The notes under the pieces: generated by a model
What the model saw: only the letters and a program-made list of their open reading frames with translations
Told to the model about the DNA's origin: nothing
The model's database searches: none
Program-made: the position numbers and the translations under genes
Origin: Mytilus edulis
Taxonomy: Eukaryota
Direction of reading: 5' to 3'
DNA length: 64,000 nucleotides
Assembly: GCF_963676685.1 (NCBI RefSeq)
Contig: NC_092347.1
Coordinates: forward strand, 63,736,001-63,800,000
Part shown: positions 1-14,066 of the stretch, piece after piece
How the letters are laid out: each line of letters starts with the position of its first letter
Position numbering within the stretch: the first letter of the stretch is position 1

Positions 1-984
1 GCAATGTGCCCGACGCGACCACTCGACCTCCTATGCTCTACCATAATAAAGCTTCGGTGGCCGGGTGATACATATCCTCGCCAGTTTTAATCTAGCGTCG
101 TAACACAGTACATGTTAAATAAAGCATGAAGATTGCATTTTTACAGATTAACTCAATTATCTATCATAGAGATTCTTACAAATTAATGTGAGATGCAGTC
201 ACAGAAATAAGTATATTATAAGTACGTCTAAACCAGTTCCAACTATACGACAGATTTTATCCATCAGATCACCAGTGAAGGTGATACAAGGATGAAAAAA
301 ACATTCTGTGTTTATCACCACACGTGATAATAGATTATTACTTGACGATTTGGTTTTTAAAATTTTTAAATTTTCGCAACCTCTTTCAAACCCTCGAGTC
401 TATCAACATTATTTTAGTTAATACCACAACTTCGACAATAAAGTAAATAACCTTTTGATGCGGATTGTGTTATAATTTAATAAATTACTTTGTTTCAAGA
501 TCACTGCACTTTATAGTTTGTCAGAAAAGATAACTGTATACCAGTCACACTCTATACAATGATGTATCATCGGAAGCCTATAGTCGCAACATTAAAGAGA
601 GTCATGACGAGCCTACATTTACTTCAATTAAGAAATGAAATCGTCCTTGTATATTAAAGCGCTGATCAAAGCACATTTTGGACGGATCGCTTCATTCTAA
701 AAAGTGTGCGCGATCAACGCGAACAAACCCTATATTAACAAAAGCGTATTAACATTTTTATGTATTTACAACCACGAAAATAACAGTTAAATCAAGATTT
801 TCTATTGTTTTTAAATATTTGACGGGTAATACGTGCAGTCATACAAAACTTTAGCCGTTATATTTTAATATATGGAATTAAAATTTGAAACTGTAAAGCC
901 TCACAAACGTTGTCAGCCAATCAAAATAACGGATTCGAATGAAACAAAAATGTAATGTAATTAAGGAGAGTTTTACAACGTTAC

Positions 985-3900
985 CTCCGTCTCTGTCGCT
1001 AGCATCCATGTCGAAATTCGTCCAGTTTTTAACACCAAGTGCATATATCTCTATAATCCTGTTTTGTGTGATATCAAACTTGACCACTGCATTATTTTCC
1101 TACAATACAAGATCAATCTATGGACATGAATTCATGAAATTCCCTGCCTTAAAAATCGAGAAAATATAATATTTTGTTTGCACCAATAAGTATCTTACTA
1201 ACTGACGAACAACATAATGTTTTCCTGGGTGGTAGGATTTGAGTTATTCTACAATAAAGGGGTCGAACCAAATCGTCAACTTAATTAATGGTAAACCACT
1301 TAAAACCCGTTATGAATGTCTTTGAATTTTAGATTAGTATGTGTAAACTTAAACGACCAATTGCTTTAAATAACTAAGACTAAAAAAAAACTTATGATTT
1401 TAATTGTATTTTTTTTTCTCAATATTGTGAATTCATCAGAGTGATTTACAAAACTTACCAATGTTTCTCATATGAATAAAAAATTGTTTAGCTTAAATAA
1501 TATTTTACTTAAAAAATATTTTGACGAAGTTAACAATTGTGTAACGACCATAATTATAAGTCCGAATGAAGCTTCAACGTTGCAAAATCGTACACAAATA
1601 TCTTTGCAAACGAGAAATATATTTGTGATAAAATCGATGTTCTATGTTGGTTGGTGAGCAGCTTCAACACGACTTTTGATGTGTTTTATTTTAAGTGGAA
1701 TGATTGTTTTAGATACTCCCTTATAGGGTTTTTCGGTGAAGTGCAAATTTATCTCTAACATCATCAAAAGAAATAATAAATAATGATGCGCATGACTCTT
1801 TGCATCCACCTTAAAGGAAAATAGTAAATGTTTTCAAAACAAAACTCTGAATAAATGACTATTCCATACAATGATGGTCCATCGTACACATGTGTCCTAT
1901 AAATCATTTAAATATTATAAAGAAGAGGATAGATCCAGCAGTTCTCGCTCGACTAGTGATACCCGCCATATTACCATACGAGTGATATGTTGTGAAAACA
2001 CATGTACGCGTTTAACTAGAGTGGATTTGTAAATGCCTGTCAATTAATGAAATCATGCCATGATTTTAAATTTACATTTTCTAACCCAAAGAAATAGAAG
2101 TAAAGTTATAGGTTACGCTTGTCTTGAAATTCTACGAAAACTCTCATTGTTAATCACGTGTGGTGTAAAACCGATATTCAATAATTACTCAAGCAAACCA
2201 AGATTATAACAGTCGCAAATTAGATGAAGAGGCCTGCTGTCGAGCAACCTTGCTTTCGTAGTTTGTAAAACAAAAACAAAATTCATCAATGATTTCTGAA
2301 TAAAATTACTCTATGATTACAACGAACAGTTTGATACGTAAAAAGAATTGTCAAAGCTACATACTTGAAGAGATATGTATGCATATCGGTCGTCTTGGTC
2401 TATAGCTACAGATTCTGGTTCTAAATCTTTAGAAAATGTCGTTTCCACGTTGGCACTTTGGTCCCCTCGGAATATATAACGGACTCCGTTTCTAAGATAT
2501 TCGTTCACTCTGTAAGTATAATTCTATATGTAAATACATGTTATAATCGAAGACATTCTGATGTCATACGCTTTGATTAACGATCTTATAATTATGCAAA
2601 CGCATACGGAAATGAGACAAACCTATTTCGAAACAAACTTTTCTGTAAAAAAGAAAATGTCAACTGACTTTTATAGTTTGTTCTTATTTGTGCTTTTACA
2701 CCACTGTCCCATTTAATTAATGGGAGGGTTGGACTCTTGCAAACATGTTTGACCCAATACCATAATGCAAGTTCCTGTCCGAAGTCAAGAGGCTGTGGTC
2801 TAGTTGTTTTGTTTGTTTGTTAGTATTTGTTTATTGTTAACATTTTGTACATACTTCAGGCCATTAGTTTTCTCGTTTAAATTGTTTAACATCGGTCATT
2901 CTGACATTTTCATCCCTTGGCCTTTTATTGCTTGCTGGGCGGTATGTGTCTTGTCCATTGTTGAAGTTTTGTAACCCCTAGTTGCTAACCATCTACGTCG
3001 TTTGGTCTTTGATGGAAAGTTGTCTCACTGACAATCCTACCACACTTTCTTATTTTTATACAGTTATTCCTGTTTAATGTTAAATGACATTTTTACAAGC
3101 TTTGCCATATTCATTAAAGAAAGTCTCGAGTAAATGCGTGTTTCCTTATGATGAAGAAATAAGCTCTCAAACCACAGGTTTATATACCTTTATATAACAG
3201 GTATATGGGATTTTTTTCTGAGACGAGTGTCTGTGTCTCAAATTCGTCGTTTTACTAGTGCAACAAGGAAATGCGGAAGAAAATCAAGAACAATGTGTAC
3301 ATGTCTTCATATCGTACGATTATAAGTGCATTATTAAATCTGTTCAATAATTTATACATTAGACAAAAAGTGATTTATAAATCACTGATACAATCATCAT
3401 GATCATAGAATCTTACCTATCGTTAAAGCTATCAAAGTTAGTATTAATTTCTGGAGGAAATCCTTGGTCGTTTTTTATTATAACAGAGATTGAACCACGT
3501 GGATCGTCAAACGTACTGTGGAGTAATCCTGGTCTGCCTTCATTTACGACAACTAATCTGGAACAGTCGGACGTAAATGCCATATCCTTTGGAGTATGTC
3601 CGGCTGAAATGTTTGAGCATGCGCACTTTGTGAATGCATTTAGTTGCTTATAATTACTTAGCTTAGAAAAATAGACACGACAGGATTCATGTTATTTGCG
3701 ACACATAAAACCTGATACAGTAACTTCAGGCTTAGAAAAGAAAACATAGAAGGAGTTACAGTAATTTGCTACATTAAAAGCCTGATACAGTTACTTCAGG
3801 CTTAGAAAAGAAAACATAGAAGGAGGGAATTTGCTACATTAAAAGCCTGATACAGTTACTCCAGGTATAGAAAGAAAACAGGGAAGGCATTAATTTGCGA

Positions 3901-6879
3901 AATCAAAAGCATGATACAGTTACTCCAGGCTTAAATGCCCATACTATTCTACTTTTTACGGAATATTACACCACCTAGAAAAAAATCATTTTGAATGTAT
4001 GTTTACGTGAAATTCAATGTCAAGTTTATATGAATCCTATACCTGGAACACGCCCAATTTTTGATAATTGGGAGTCAAATTTCGTAAAGGGAAGGAATAG
4101 TTCTACATGTCCATGAGCGGCCACTGTGTTACTTTCAATGGCTACAGCAATTGTGTCTGCGCATGCCTCAACATCAGTTATAGGACCATCACCAACTGTA
4201 TTAAAATGATGAGTGAGCAAGATGATTGGATTGTCCTTATTGGTTAAGTCAATAATGTGCATCAAGTTGGTTCCAGTTCCTGCAAATGAAATTGATGAGA
4301 AATATGTTCTTAATGGTTTAACCTGTCCGGTTATTTGGTATTATCCTGAATTCGCTTTAATACAACATAATAGGAAAACAAAGGATATGAGATACCAATT
4401 CAAAACATACAATCAGTCAATAAACTGCAAAAAAGGGGAAAAACAAAAATACCAAGGAAAATTCTTAACAGAAGGCAAAATCAAACATCATACACATCAA
4501 TTGAATAGATAACAACTGTCATATTCCTGACTTGGTACAGGCTTTTTCTTGTGTAGAAAATAGTGGACTAAACCAGTCGCACAAGACTCCATTATATTGA
4601 AACGATGGAACACTTAAAAAGAAAAGGTACAGTGTCATGTATTATTGTTCTTCATCTCAAAGTCATAATGAGCCCGTAACAAGGAGCATAAAAGTCTCTT
4701 TTTGTATTATGCAGTGTATCACTTCTTGTAACATAGATCCTCACGATATTAGGTATTAGGGTTTCGGCGTTTGAACTCATACAAAAATGTTTATATTTTT
4801 ATAACATTGACCTAATATTGTATATGTAAATCGTATTCAGGGCGAGAATGAAATAACAATAAATACATGTTAATTAAGAAGGTTCTTCAGGGTAGGTCGA
4901 CCTACTATTGAGGCAGGAATTTCGATGGACTCCGGAAAATAATATGGAAAGTACTAGTAAATGTTGGATATGGTCAGAAATTGTGCCTTGCAACAAACCA
5001 CTAACCACAGCATCCAGAGAGTTTCGCCATCTCCTTACACATCCCCATTCAGATCGGACGTGGGTGCGTATTTATACATCCCGTACATCCAAATGAAGAC
5101 CTTGACAGTTTAATTTTGAATGACTTATTATAGGCTTTTATAATAAAATCTAACTTTACAGTCATTCTTGTACTTTTGTTTTTTGTTTGATAAATGTCTC
5201 ATTGACAATCATACCACATCTCCTTATTGTAAGACAACCCAGAACATATGTTAAAATTCTATATAAAGTTCAATAATTCTTATTTTATAAATATTCATTT
5301 GGTTCATGTATTTACATGAGAGCGACATTACCACCTCTGAAGTTTATGTCAGTTTGGCAATTATTGTCACTGTATGAGGAAAAATAGAATATATTTCATA
5401 TTTTTTTTCTATCTAAATATTTCTGAAACATTGATAATATTTAAAAAGAATTTTCAGTTAGGACTATACATGTCTTGAATGGATTTAAACGTTTTTACAT
5501 GTATCCATCTTTTCCTAGACATTCACGACAGATATATGAAAATGAAAAATGGTTTTAATCAAATATAGCGTCTGAACCTGCATGAAATATTTGCCACTGA
5601 ATATTCAGCAACCAACAAACATTAATCAAACAATCGAATATACGGCTTGAGGTTATAACAATATATTATTATTTCAGATAACAATGGATTTAATTTCTTC
5701 TTGATATTTGCTTTTAACCTTAAAAGTATTTGAATTTGACTATAACAAAATTGTTAAATAACTTTTTGACATCTTCAAATTACTTTTTATAAACAAATGC
5801 AGACAGACATCGTTCAAAAAATACTTTACTGAAAGATGTATTTTACAAAGATGTTTTTTAAATATGTTGAAATATCTTCTTTAATAAGTCCTTATCTATT
5901 TATGTCAAAGATGACCATTGTAGGGTCGTATATGTCAATTTCGACACTTTAACAACAACAAAGTAACACCACAAATGACCATTGAGCATTAAGATGTCCA
6001 AAATATACTAGTATCGACTTGTTCTTTTATCAATAAAACTAACACTGTTTTCATATAGTTGAATAATATTATTAACTTTATATTAATGCTGTTTTTACAA
6101 TTTATCTTCATCATAAATTATTTTTGTCACTTTTGACATGTGCATGTGTTATTCGTGACTATGATACTAATAATTGACGTTTCTGCACCAAAAACGAACA
6201 TATCAGTATTTGTACCTATATTTAACGGAAGAAAATTTTCTAGGAAAAATGAATAATAATAATGCGAAACTATATGGTCTTAACAAAAGCACATTGATAA
6301 TAATGATGATAATGGTTGGCTGAAAATTAATCGTATTTTGTACTAGACCGGCACGTTGAGCCGAATTTTGAATTTAGTATTTCACAAGGTGACAGTCTGC
6401 CGAAAGACGTGTCACCATACTCGGACACATTATTTTGACGCAGAACCAACCAGTCTCTTCTCCTACATTGATCCTAAGATTTGTGTGTTTAGCGGAGAAG
6501 CAGAAAATCTTCAATTTGACGGGGGGTTAAAACCTCACGCACTCGAGGCGAATACTTTACCACGAAACCACCGAGGCGGTTTGAAAGAACATGGACATTG
6601 ATTGATTGTTGGTTGGTAACGTCCAGTGGCAAATATTTCAAAGAACATTGACATAATTTGTAGCTAAATTTAAGAATTTTATCACAACTACATTGTAAAC
6701 ATACCAATAACATATAACATTCTTGTCGAAGCATGATAGCTAGCCTTTGTCGCTCCATCTTTAAACATGCTATAATCCCCAGCAGTGTTGTACGGTAGTT
6801 TAATATATGCTTTTTCGCGGAACTGTAAAATGCCTGATACAACAGGTACCATAACAAGACAATAAATTAAAGTCCACAT
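985..6879 (-). CDS. MSP130-like / choice-of-anchor I domain secreted protein, paralogue A (5 coding exons in window; 3' end runs off the left edge)
   Basis: Exons 6705-6879, 4043-4279, 3417-3603, 2365-2509 and 985-1099, all with GT-AG boundaries and phases 1,1,2,0,1 that splice in frame. Signal-peptide-like start MWTLIYCLVMVPVVSG. Motifs PKDMAFTSDCSRLVVVNEG, DPRGSIS, GVRYIFRG, DLEPESVAI, YISLQENNA, LGVKNW and DASDRDG match the MSP130/choice-of-anchor I pattern as recalled; no database search was run. Confidence 0.85.
3692..3933. repeat. ~65-bp tandem repeat, about 4 copies, in intron 2 of paralogue A
   Basis: taatttgctacattaaaagcctgatacagttacttcaggcttagaaaagaaaacatagaaggag repeated with divergence. 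Confidence 0.85.
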
Positions 6880-7264
6880 GTCTGGTTTTCTGAGAAAAAA
6901 AGATACAAGTACAATGTCAAAGCATATACAATGTATGTCAAAGTAACCGGCTTTGATTCAAATTGGTAACAACTCATTCCTATACAATTATGTTCTCTTT
7001 TTACATTAGCGTACTTTCCAATAATTAAATGGATTAAGTAAGCAATTTCTATACATGTATGAAATTTAGTTCTTTATGTCTAAAAGGAAAAGCTTTTGTA
7101 GTTGTTTTTTTTTTTAAATCTGACGACGGAGGATTTCATCAAACCTACTAGTATTCTATAACAAATTATTGAAAAGAGTCAAAAGTATGGTGAATATGGT
7201 GATTGTATCTAGCCCATGGAATTTGCAAGTATGGATACCCCAGATACAACAAAGTCTGCTTTAT

Positions 7265-7720
7265 TTTTACTTGTATCTCGATTTCACTACAAGGGAGAGA
7301 ACTTAACTTAACGACAAAACTGATGATTTCAAGTTCCAATTGGGAGTTTTCCATTTCTAAGAAGCAGTATTCTGGAAGCACCTGTATATGATGTACATGC
7401 ATAAATATGCCCCGGTTGATACGATACTTCAGGTTTTTTGTTTTTCTTTTCTTGATAGAGGATTGCTGCTCACAATGATGCTATTGAACTACTAGTATAG
7501 GTCCAAATGATAAAGTTGAAGTCATACATTTGAAAGTTTTAGGGATAACATCATGGTTGGCTGTTCGGGAATATCTGAGTTATAGATGACCACGGTTATA
7601 TTTCATTTTTTATATACACCCTTCCTCTTTGCTTGATTCTGGAATCCTTAAATCCGACTTGTCACCAAATTCTTATTCGCAAAGATTAGGAATTGGTTAT
7701 CCTTCTTGAGCATCTGCGAT
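7265..7720 (+). mobile_element. Heavily decayed Penelope-like RT fragment
   Basis: Residual similarity to the 32046 copy (acgacaaaactgatgatttc..ttccaattg..tttccatttctaag; ttcttgatagaggattgctgctcacaa). Confidence 0.55.
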
Positions 7721-8008
7721 AATGTTTTTTTTTTTTAATTTAGAAGTTAGGGTTGAATTTCATCTTGTTTTTAATGTTCCATTTTTTGCCTCTGTCCTTT
7801 TGAAACATTTACATCCTGCAATTTTTTTTATGGTTTAAGAATGTATACAAACCGAAGTTTTTCATTTTTGTTATAACATGGGAAGATAAACAAATGCCCC
7901 CTATGCCACTTAACTAACATTTGTTTGAGAGCAAGATAATCACATATACTGCAAGAGCACGTTTATTCAGATAGATACATATTACTTTACATGACAAATC
8001 GCATAAAT

Positions 8009-8440
8009 AAACAAGAGGCTATCAAGAGCCTGAATCTCTCACCTGTATTTCAGAGGAGAAGATTTTTAAATGTTAGCAAACTAATTGTGTAAAATTACAA
8101 TATTTCCTTACACTACCAATTTAGTGGCAGCAACCTAACAATGGGTTGTTCGATTCATCAGAAAATTTCAAGGCTGATAAATCTTGACAAATTGAACAAT
8201 TTGATGTCATGTAAGATTTGATCTAATAGCTTTAGTTTTTAAGAAAAAAGCCAACAACTGCATTTGACCCCTATGTTCTATTTTTAGCCATGGCGGCCAT
8301 GTTTGTCGATGGATCAAAACTTCGGATACATTTATAAACTAGATACCCTAAGTAACATTTAGATGACAGACGACGGACGAAGACGAACGCAAAGTGATGG
8401 CATAAGCTAACATGGGGCCATTTTGGCCCCTGTGACCTAA
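8009..8440 (+). mobile_element. Helentron-associated (HINE/pearl-like) non-autonomous element remnant
   Basis: aacaagagg start, internal body, a gacagacgacggacgaagacg microsatellite and a terminal palindrome ggggccattttggcccc. This layout is typical of such bivalve elements. Confidence 0.45.
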
Positions 8441-11400
8441 CAATGGGACACAACTCCCTCAACTTTATCGCAAACACATACACCTTTTACGGTCTTTTTT
8501 TGCAATGGTATTGACTGCTTTAAATTGATTACCCCTTTAAGTATGATATTAATTTATCTTAAAATTTTTAAGGCGTTGTAGTGTAAAATTATCAAACACC
8601 TTCACACAAAACACGGTTTTTATTTAGTACTAAAAAAAGGATTCGTTTTGTGACATTTGTCATGAATTTAACGTATTTTGATTCAGATTTTGCATTAATT
8701 AACCATGTATGACCTCCAAGTAAATGCTATTCTAATTTTTTAATGATTCGACGATCTTCCTCTACATGTATCAGTTATGATAATGTATTGGGTATAAAAC
8801 TCCCAATGTTTAATACAACTTTCTAATTATTTGCATAACAGCGTTCCTGTAGAAATTGAATGAAAGCATGTGCATTTATTACAAACAGTTTGTTGTGTGC
8901 TTCATTTGGATCTCGTATAAAAATAATAAATAATATAGAATTTTTACTTTACCTATTTACCACCTATAAGGAATGGCACTATTATAGACTAAGTTCAATA
9001 TTGATAAGGTTAAAACCATTTGTATGAGGGGTGACTACAATAAGAAATGGCTGACTGACTTTAAAAACGAAATTTCCGTACGCTCTTGATGTAGATCTTC
9101 CTTAAAGTTTATTGATATGTGAAAAATCCAATTTTTTTTTTAAATCGAATTATCAACTATATACCTACTGAAAACATATCTTTATTACTTCCAAATATTG
9201 GCCTCTTTTGAGAACAGATCGAGATAGTGCTACTACGTAGAATGTGGATCCGAGATAACGGAACTTGCATATCAGGTCGACATGATCGAAATTAAATATC
9301 TTATATATCTTGTTTATTACTTTGCAAAGCAACATGTGATTTGTTCTGATTTGCTGTTAGTCAAATATTCGTATTTAGCAAGTTTGATTCAGTCGTTATG
9401 TAAAAGTGGCCAAACTATGTTCTTGTTTCAGGTAACAGGGATAACAGTTGTTGTACTAATGATTTAAATCGAACATCAAACATATTTTTCGTGGCAAAGA
9501 AAAGGCTTTGAAATGATTTGAATAAAACATGTTTCCTCCGAACACCTAAATAAGACTGTCATTAGGTTACATTATGTTTTGTATTTCTTTCGATAGGTCT
9601 AGCAGACCTCTTTTGTTTTTTTTTTTTGGTTTTTTTTGTCTTTTTGTAAGAATTTATGTATGTGATAAAGCGTACTTAGTGCGATTGAATGATGCAAGCC
9701 TATTTATCATGTTTTTTTTGGTTTTTTTTTGGAAAACCGCTAAAGAATGGCTACTTACTAAATATTCCCAAACGAATATTGATCTGTTTGCTTAATTGAT
9801 TGCTGAAAATTACGGCGGGAGTGTAGTATCCACAATTGAAATGTGCGACATTGACATTCCATATCGACTCATAATGGCTTACTTAAAAAATTTGGAAGGG
9901 ATTACTTCAAATTAATAATTTGGAAGCCTTGGTTTTAATAGCTAACCTACATGCAGGAACCCTCTATAATGCAAATCATTATTTAAAACACTCGCAAAGA
10001 GGTATCTTTTCGACTGGAAGATGAATAATTCATAAGCAGGCCTTTCTGCAATGTCGCTAGTATATATGAAATAGATAGTTCACAATTGGGAAGCTGAAAT
10101 TATACCTTTTGTCGAATAGTTCTGCTCTCAACCGACCCTTATTGTAAATTTCTAGATCGGAGTCAAACAATGAGACAGACTCAACATTATCATATTTATC
10201 AAAGGTGGGATGTTCTTTCTGTTAAGTTAAGGCGTTAGTCAACAAATTTGAATTATTTAGTAAAAGGATTTGATTAATTTGAGTTTGCGAATATACATAC
10301 TTTCAGCAAAACCAAGGCGTTTCAAGCGGAATCGAGCAAGGATTTGGTTTCTTTTATTTAATTATGCATAATTATATAGTATCAGTAAAAGTATCTAGTG
10401 TCTTTTACGGTGCGATGCAATAATGGGAAATTGAAATGGAAATTTTCAAAGTTGGCTTTCAGATTTATATTCTAAAAACTTGGAAAATCATTTTTTCTCT
10501 GACTAAAGATTCAACTATATATGCATTCTGTTGTATATTAAGTCGTTCTGAAGGAAATATAACAATTAAGCAACACTACAATTGCTCAATATAGATAATA
10601 AAAAAATAATCTAATCAGTAAGCATAAAAAACGTCTCGTTCAGCCAAAAATGATGTAAATGTATTTGTACAAATTGTACAAAATGGCAGACATCATTGCG
10701 CCTTGTCAATCTCATACTATAACTATCAGTAACATTGTAATAATAAATTATGAAAATGGGTGTAATTTACAGCCTGATATAAGCAAACTAGGTTGATTAA
10801 TTTATGGTTCTTATAATTTGTGCATATAAACACTGATGTATGTGCCTGTCTTAAGCAACGCTCTTGTAATTCAGTGGTTTTCATTTATTGCTGTAGATCA
10901 TTTTCTTTTTTTCTTGTAATTCTGCGGTTTTTATTTGTTGCTGTATATCATATTTTTCAACTTTTTTTGTTGCATATAATATATTTTTTTTCGTTTTGTT
11001 GTTTTGTACATAAATCATTAGTTTTTCTATTTCTAAATGTTTTACATTTGTCATGTTGTTGCTTTTTTACAGGTTTTTCTGATTGTCGAAGGCCGTACGA
11101 TGACATATAACATGATAAGTTGATATCTATTACGCCATTTTGGTCTCTGGTGGAAAGTTGACAAAACATACATCAATGATACATGTATTTGATGTATCAT
11201 GTGGTGTAGCTGAAATGCAAATACATGTATTTCTATACATGTGAGCGAGACCTAGGCATATTAATCTAATTTAATGTACATTAAAAGTGTAAATTTGGAA
11301 ACAAAACACAAGCCGTCAAATGAATGATATATGAGGTGTAACTAATTTGCATATTACAAGTGCTTTTTTTAGGAATGGTTTATTGCCATATCTCGCATCT

Positions 11401-11797
11401 TTTCTTCCTTGTTCCCACTCACTTGGGATATTTATTGCAATCGCATTAGAATTCCAACTGATTTCTGCAGCTGCACTTACATCCTTTGATAACAGAGAGA
11501 GAAAAAGATAACATACTTTTTTTCAAATTCATAGTAATAATAAAATTGAGAATTGAAACGGGGAATTCTTCCATAGATATAAAGACTTGGTTTTACATTA
11601 TTATTTTTGGGGCCCTTTATAGCTTGCCGTTTGGTGTGAGCCAAGGCACCGTGTTGAAGGCCCGACCTTGACCTATAATGGTATATACTATTATAAATTG
11701 TTATTTGGATAGAGAGTTGTCTCATTGGCACTCATCCCACATCTTCCTATATCTATTGGTTTTAAAGTAGCATAATTTTATCCTCTTTTTAACCATG

Positions 11798-11890
11798 CAC
11801 AGGCACTTGTCTCAGAAAAAAATTTCCTATATACCTTATTGTGTTATAATAAGGTATATAGGAAATTTTTTTCTGAGACAAGTTTCTGTG
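11798..11890. repeat. Near-perfect palindrome (foldback MITE-like)
   Basis: acttgtctcagaaaaaaatttcctatataccttatt-loop-aataaggtatataggaaattttttttctgagacaagt. A related partial copy lies at ~3173-3235. Confidence 0.8.
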
Positions 11891-14066
11891 TTTTTATCGG
11901 AGATGTTGTCAACCTTGCACGGAATATATCTTTTTGCTTTATTCATATGCACTTTCATGGATATACAATCTGTCTTTTTCTGTATCTTAGCATTGCACAA
12001 GGTCATTTTTTTCTCTAACTGTTCCTTTTACTAAATCCGTTGGATGTTGTATGTGTACTGATTATATATTTAGTATAAAATGCAGGATTTATTTAATTAT
12101 TAGTGATGGAATTTGCACTAAGTGTCAGTAACTGCGAGTACACTCAAATCTGTACGTAGTGTCTTTTTTGTTGTTGTTGTGATGTACAAGTACCCGACCC
12201 CGTCAACCCTGTGTTTTTAAATTTGTAAGATGTATTTCCGTGTGTATCCATCTGATGAGTTAACCTTTCTCAGCTGATTTTTATAATCCTTCTTATGTTA
12301 TACCGTTGCACCATTTTCCAGCTTAGGGGGGTTGTGATCCCGCTAGCATGTTAAACTCTTCCGCATTCTGTATGTACATGTATGTGCCTGTCCCAAATCT
12401 GGAGCCTGTAATTCAGTGATTGTCTTATATTGCTGTGTTACATATTTGTTTTTCGTTCATTTTTTATGCATTAAGCAGAATGATAGTTTTCTCGTTTGAA
12501 TCGTTTTCATTTATGATTTCGGGGCCATTCATAGCTAACTCTGAGGTATGGGCTTATCTCATTGTTGAAAGCCGTACGGTGTCCCATACCTGCAAATTTT
12601 CTGTGTCATTTGGTCTCTTGTGAAGAGTTGTCTCATTGGCAATCATATCACATCTTCTTTTTTTACAACATATGCCTGATATAAGCAAAATTAACTAGGT
12701 TGATTAATTTATCATAAAATTATGGTTCTTAGTGCATGTAAACATGTATGTGCCTGTCTTAAGTCATGATTTTGTGATTCAGTGGTGTTTGTTTGGTGCT
12801 GTAAATCATATTTTTTTCGTTTTTTGCTGTATATCACATTTGTTTTCCGTGTTTTGTTTTGTGCATTAATCAGTTCATTAGTTGTCTTTTTGTAAATGTT
12901 TCACTTTTGTATTGTGGCCTTTAATAGCCTGCTATGCGGTATGTTTTTTGCATATTGTTTAATGCTGTACGATGACCTGTTACATGTAGTTGGTATCTTT
13001 CACTCCATAATTAAGGTGTCTCTGGTGGAAAGTTGACTTCAGTCAATCTTACCAAATCTTCTTATAAATCAACAGGAGAAAGTTCGACAAGTCATCGAAG
13101 TCAAAAATCAAAAGTGTATCTTATGATCATTTATAAAAAAAAAATGATAATGTGGATACAGTAGTCAGTCGTGTCTGTTTGGTCATTAGACAAAAAAGCG
13201 TTATCTTTCATCTTTTCTATCTAGACTTCGTCAATCAATAACAGTCATTAACGCGTTTGGAACTAACATTTCATATTTTGAGGGACGGAAAATTCACAAA
13301 ACAAACATTTAGAAAGAAAACAAAAAAAAACGTATATCTTACCCCTTTCAACAATGACAAATGGTCGGTCAGTGCTTTTCGATTAGTAATTTTTCATTTT
13401 ATATTTAAAAAGCCTTTTAAACTTAATTGCTTTTTAATTTCCCCCCGTACTGATGACTAATTAAAATGTAGTTTAAAAAAAAATTAAGATGTTGAGGTCT
13501 TTGGGGTTTTTTTTGCCTTTAAGAGATAGTCGTCGCTTAGCCAGTCTTCACTTTTCATTTAAGTGACTGCTTTCGATTTGCATTACATAATGTATCCGTA
13601 TATATTTTAAGACAAGTTACATGCAATCTTATATTGATGACTTGATCACCTTTTGTTTCATTTACTTTGTATCACTAAAATTATTTTAGTCTGACACATG
13701 TAGTTATAGTTTTTCTTACGTGGTCCAATTGCAACAGCTTTACACTGTTTTCAATTAATAGAAAAACAGCTCTTGATAATTCTGATTCTGTCCACCACAA
13801 ACCAACGGACAATAATAACCAATTTTATAAATAACATTTTGATGTTTCTGATTTTGTGTGATCATTCAGATAGACAAGACAGCTATTGGCACATAACCAG
13901 GTCCTGAAGTCGGATATAGTTAGTTATTATGTTCAATCAAGTGACAATCTTAAAGTTAGACCTCATTGTACAAATGCATGTTTCACAAATGAATTATACA
14001 AGTCAGTACAGCGTCTTTTAAAACAGGAGTTTAATTTGTAATAAAACAATAAAGCAAAGAAGTTTA

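Noticed and set aside
8941-9100. Possible 5'-UTR exon of paralogue A (donor-like site at ~8952, minus strand)
   Set aside because: Only a donor consensus is present, with no supporting similarity to the other paralogues.
12252-12290. CTGATGA box (also on the minus strand at 43690-43696) as another hammerhead
   Set aside because: There is no stem II followed by GAAA and no NUH site at the required spacing.
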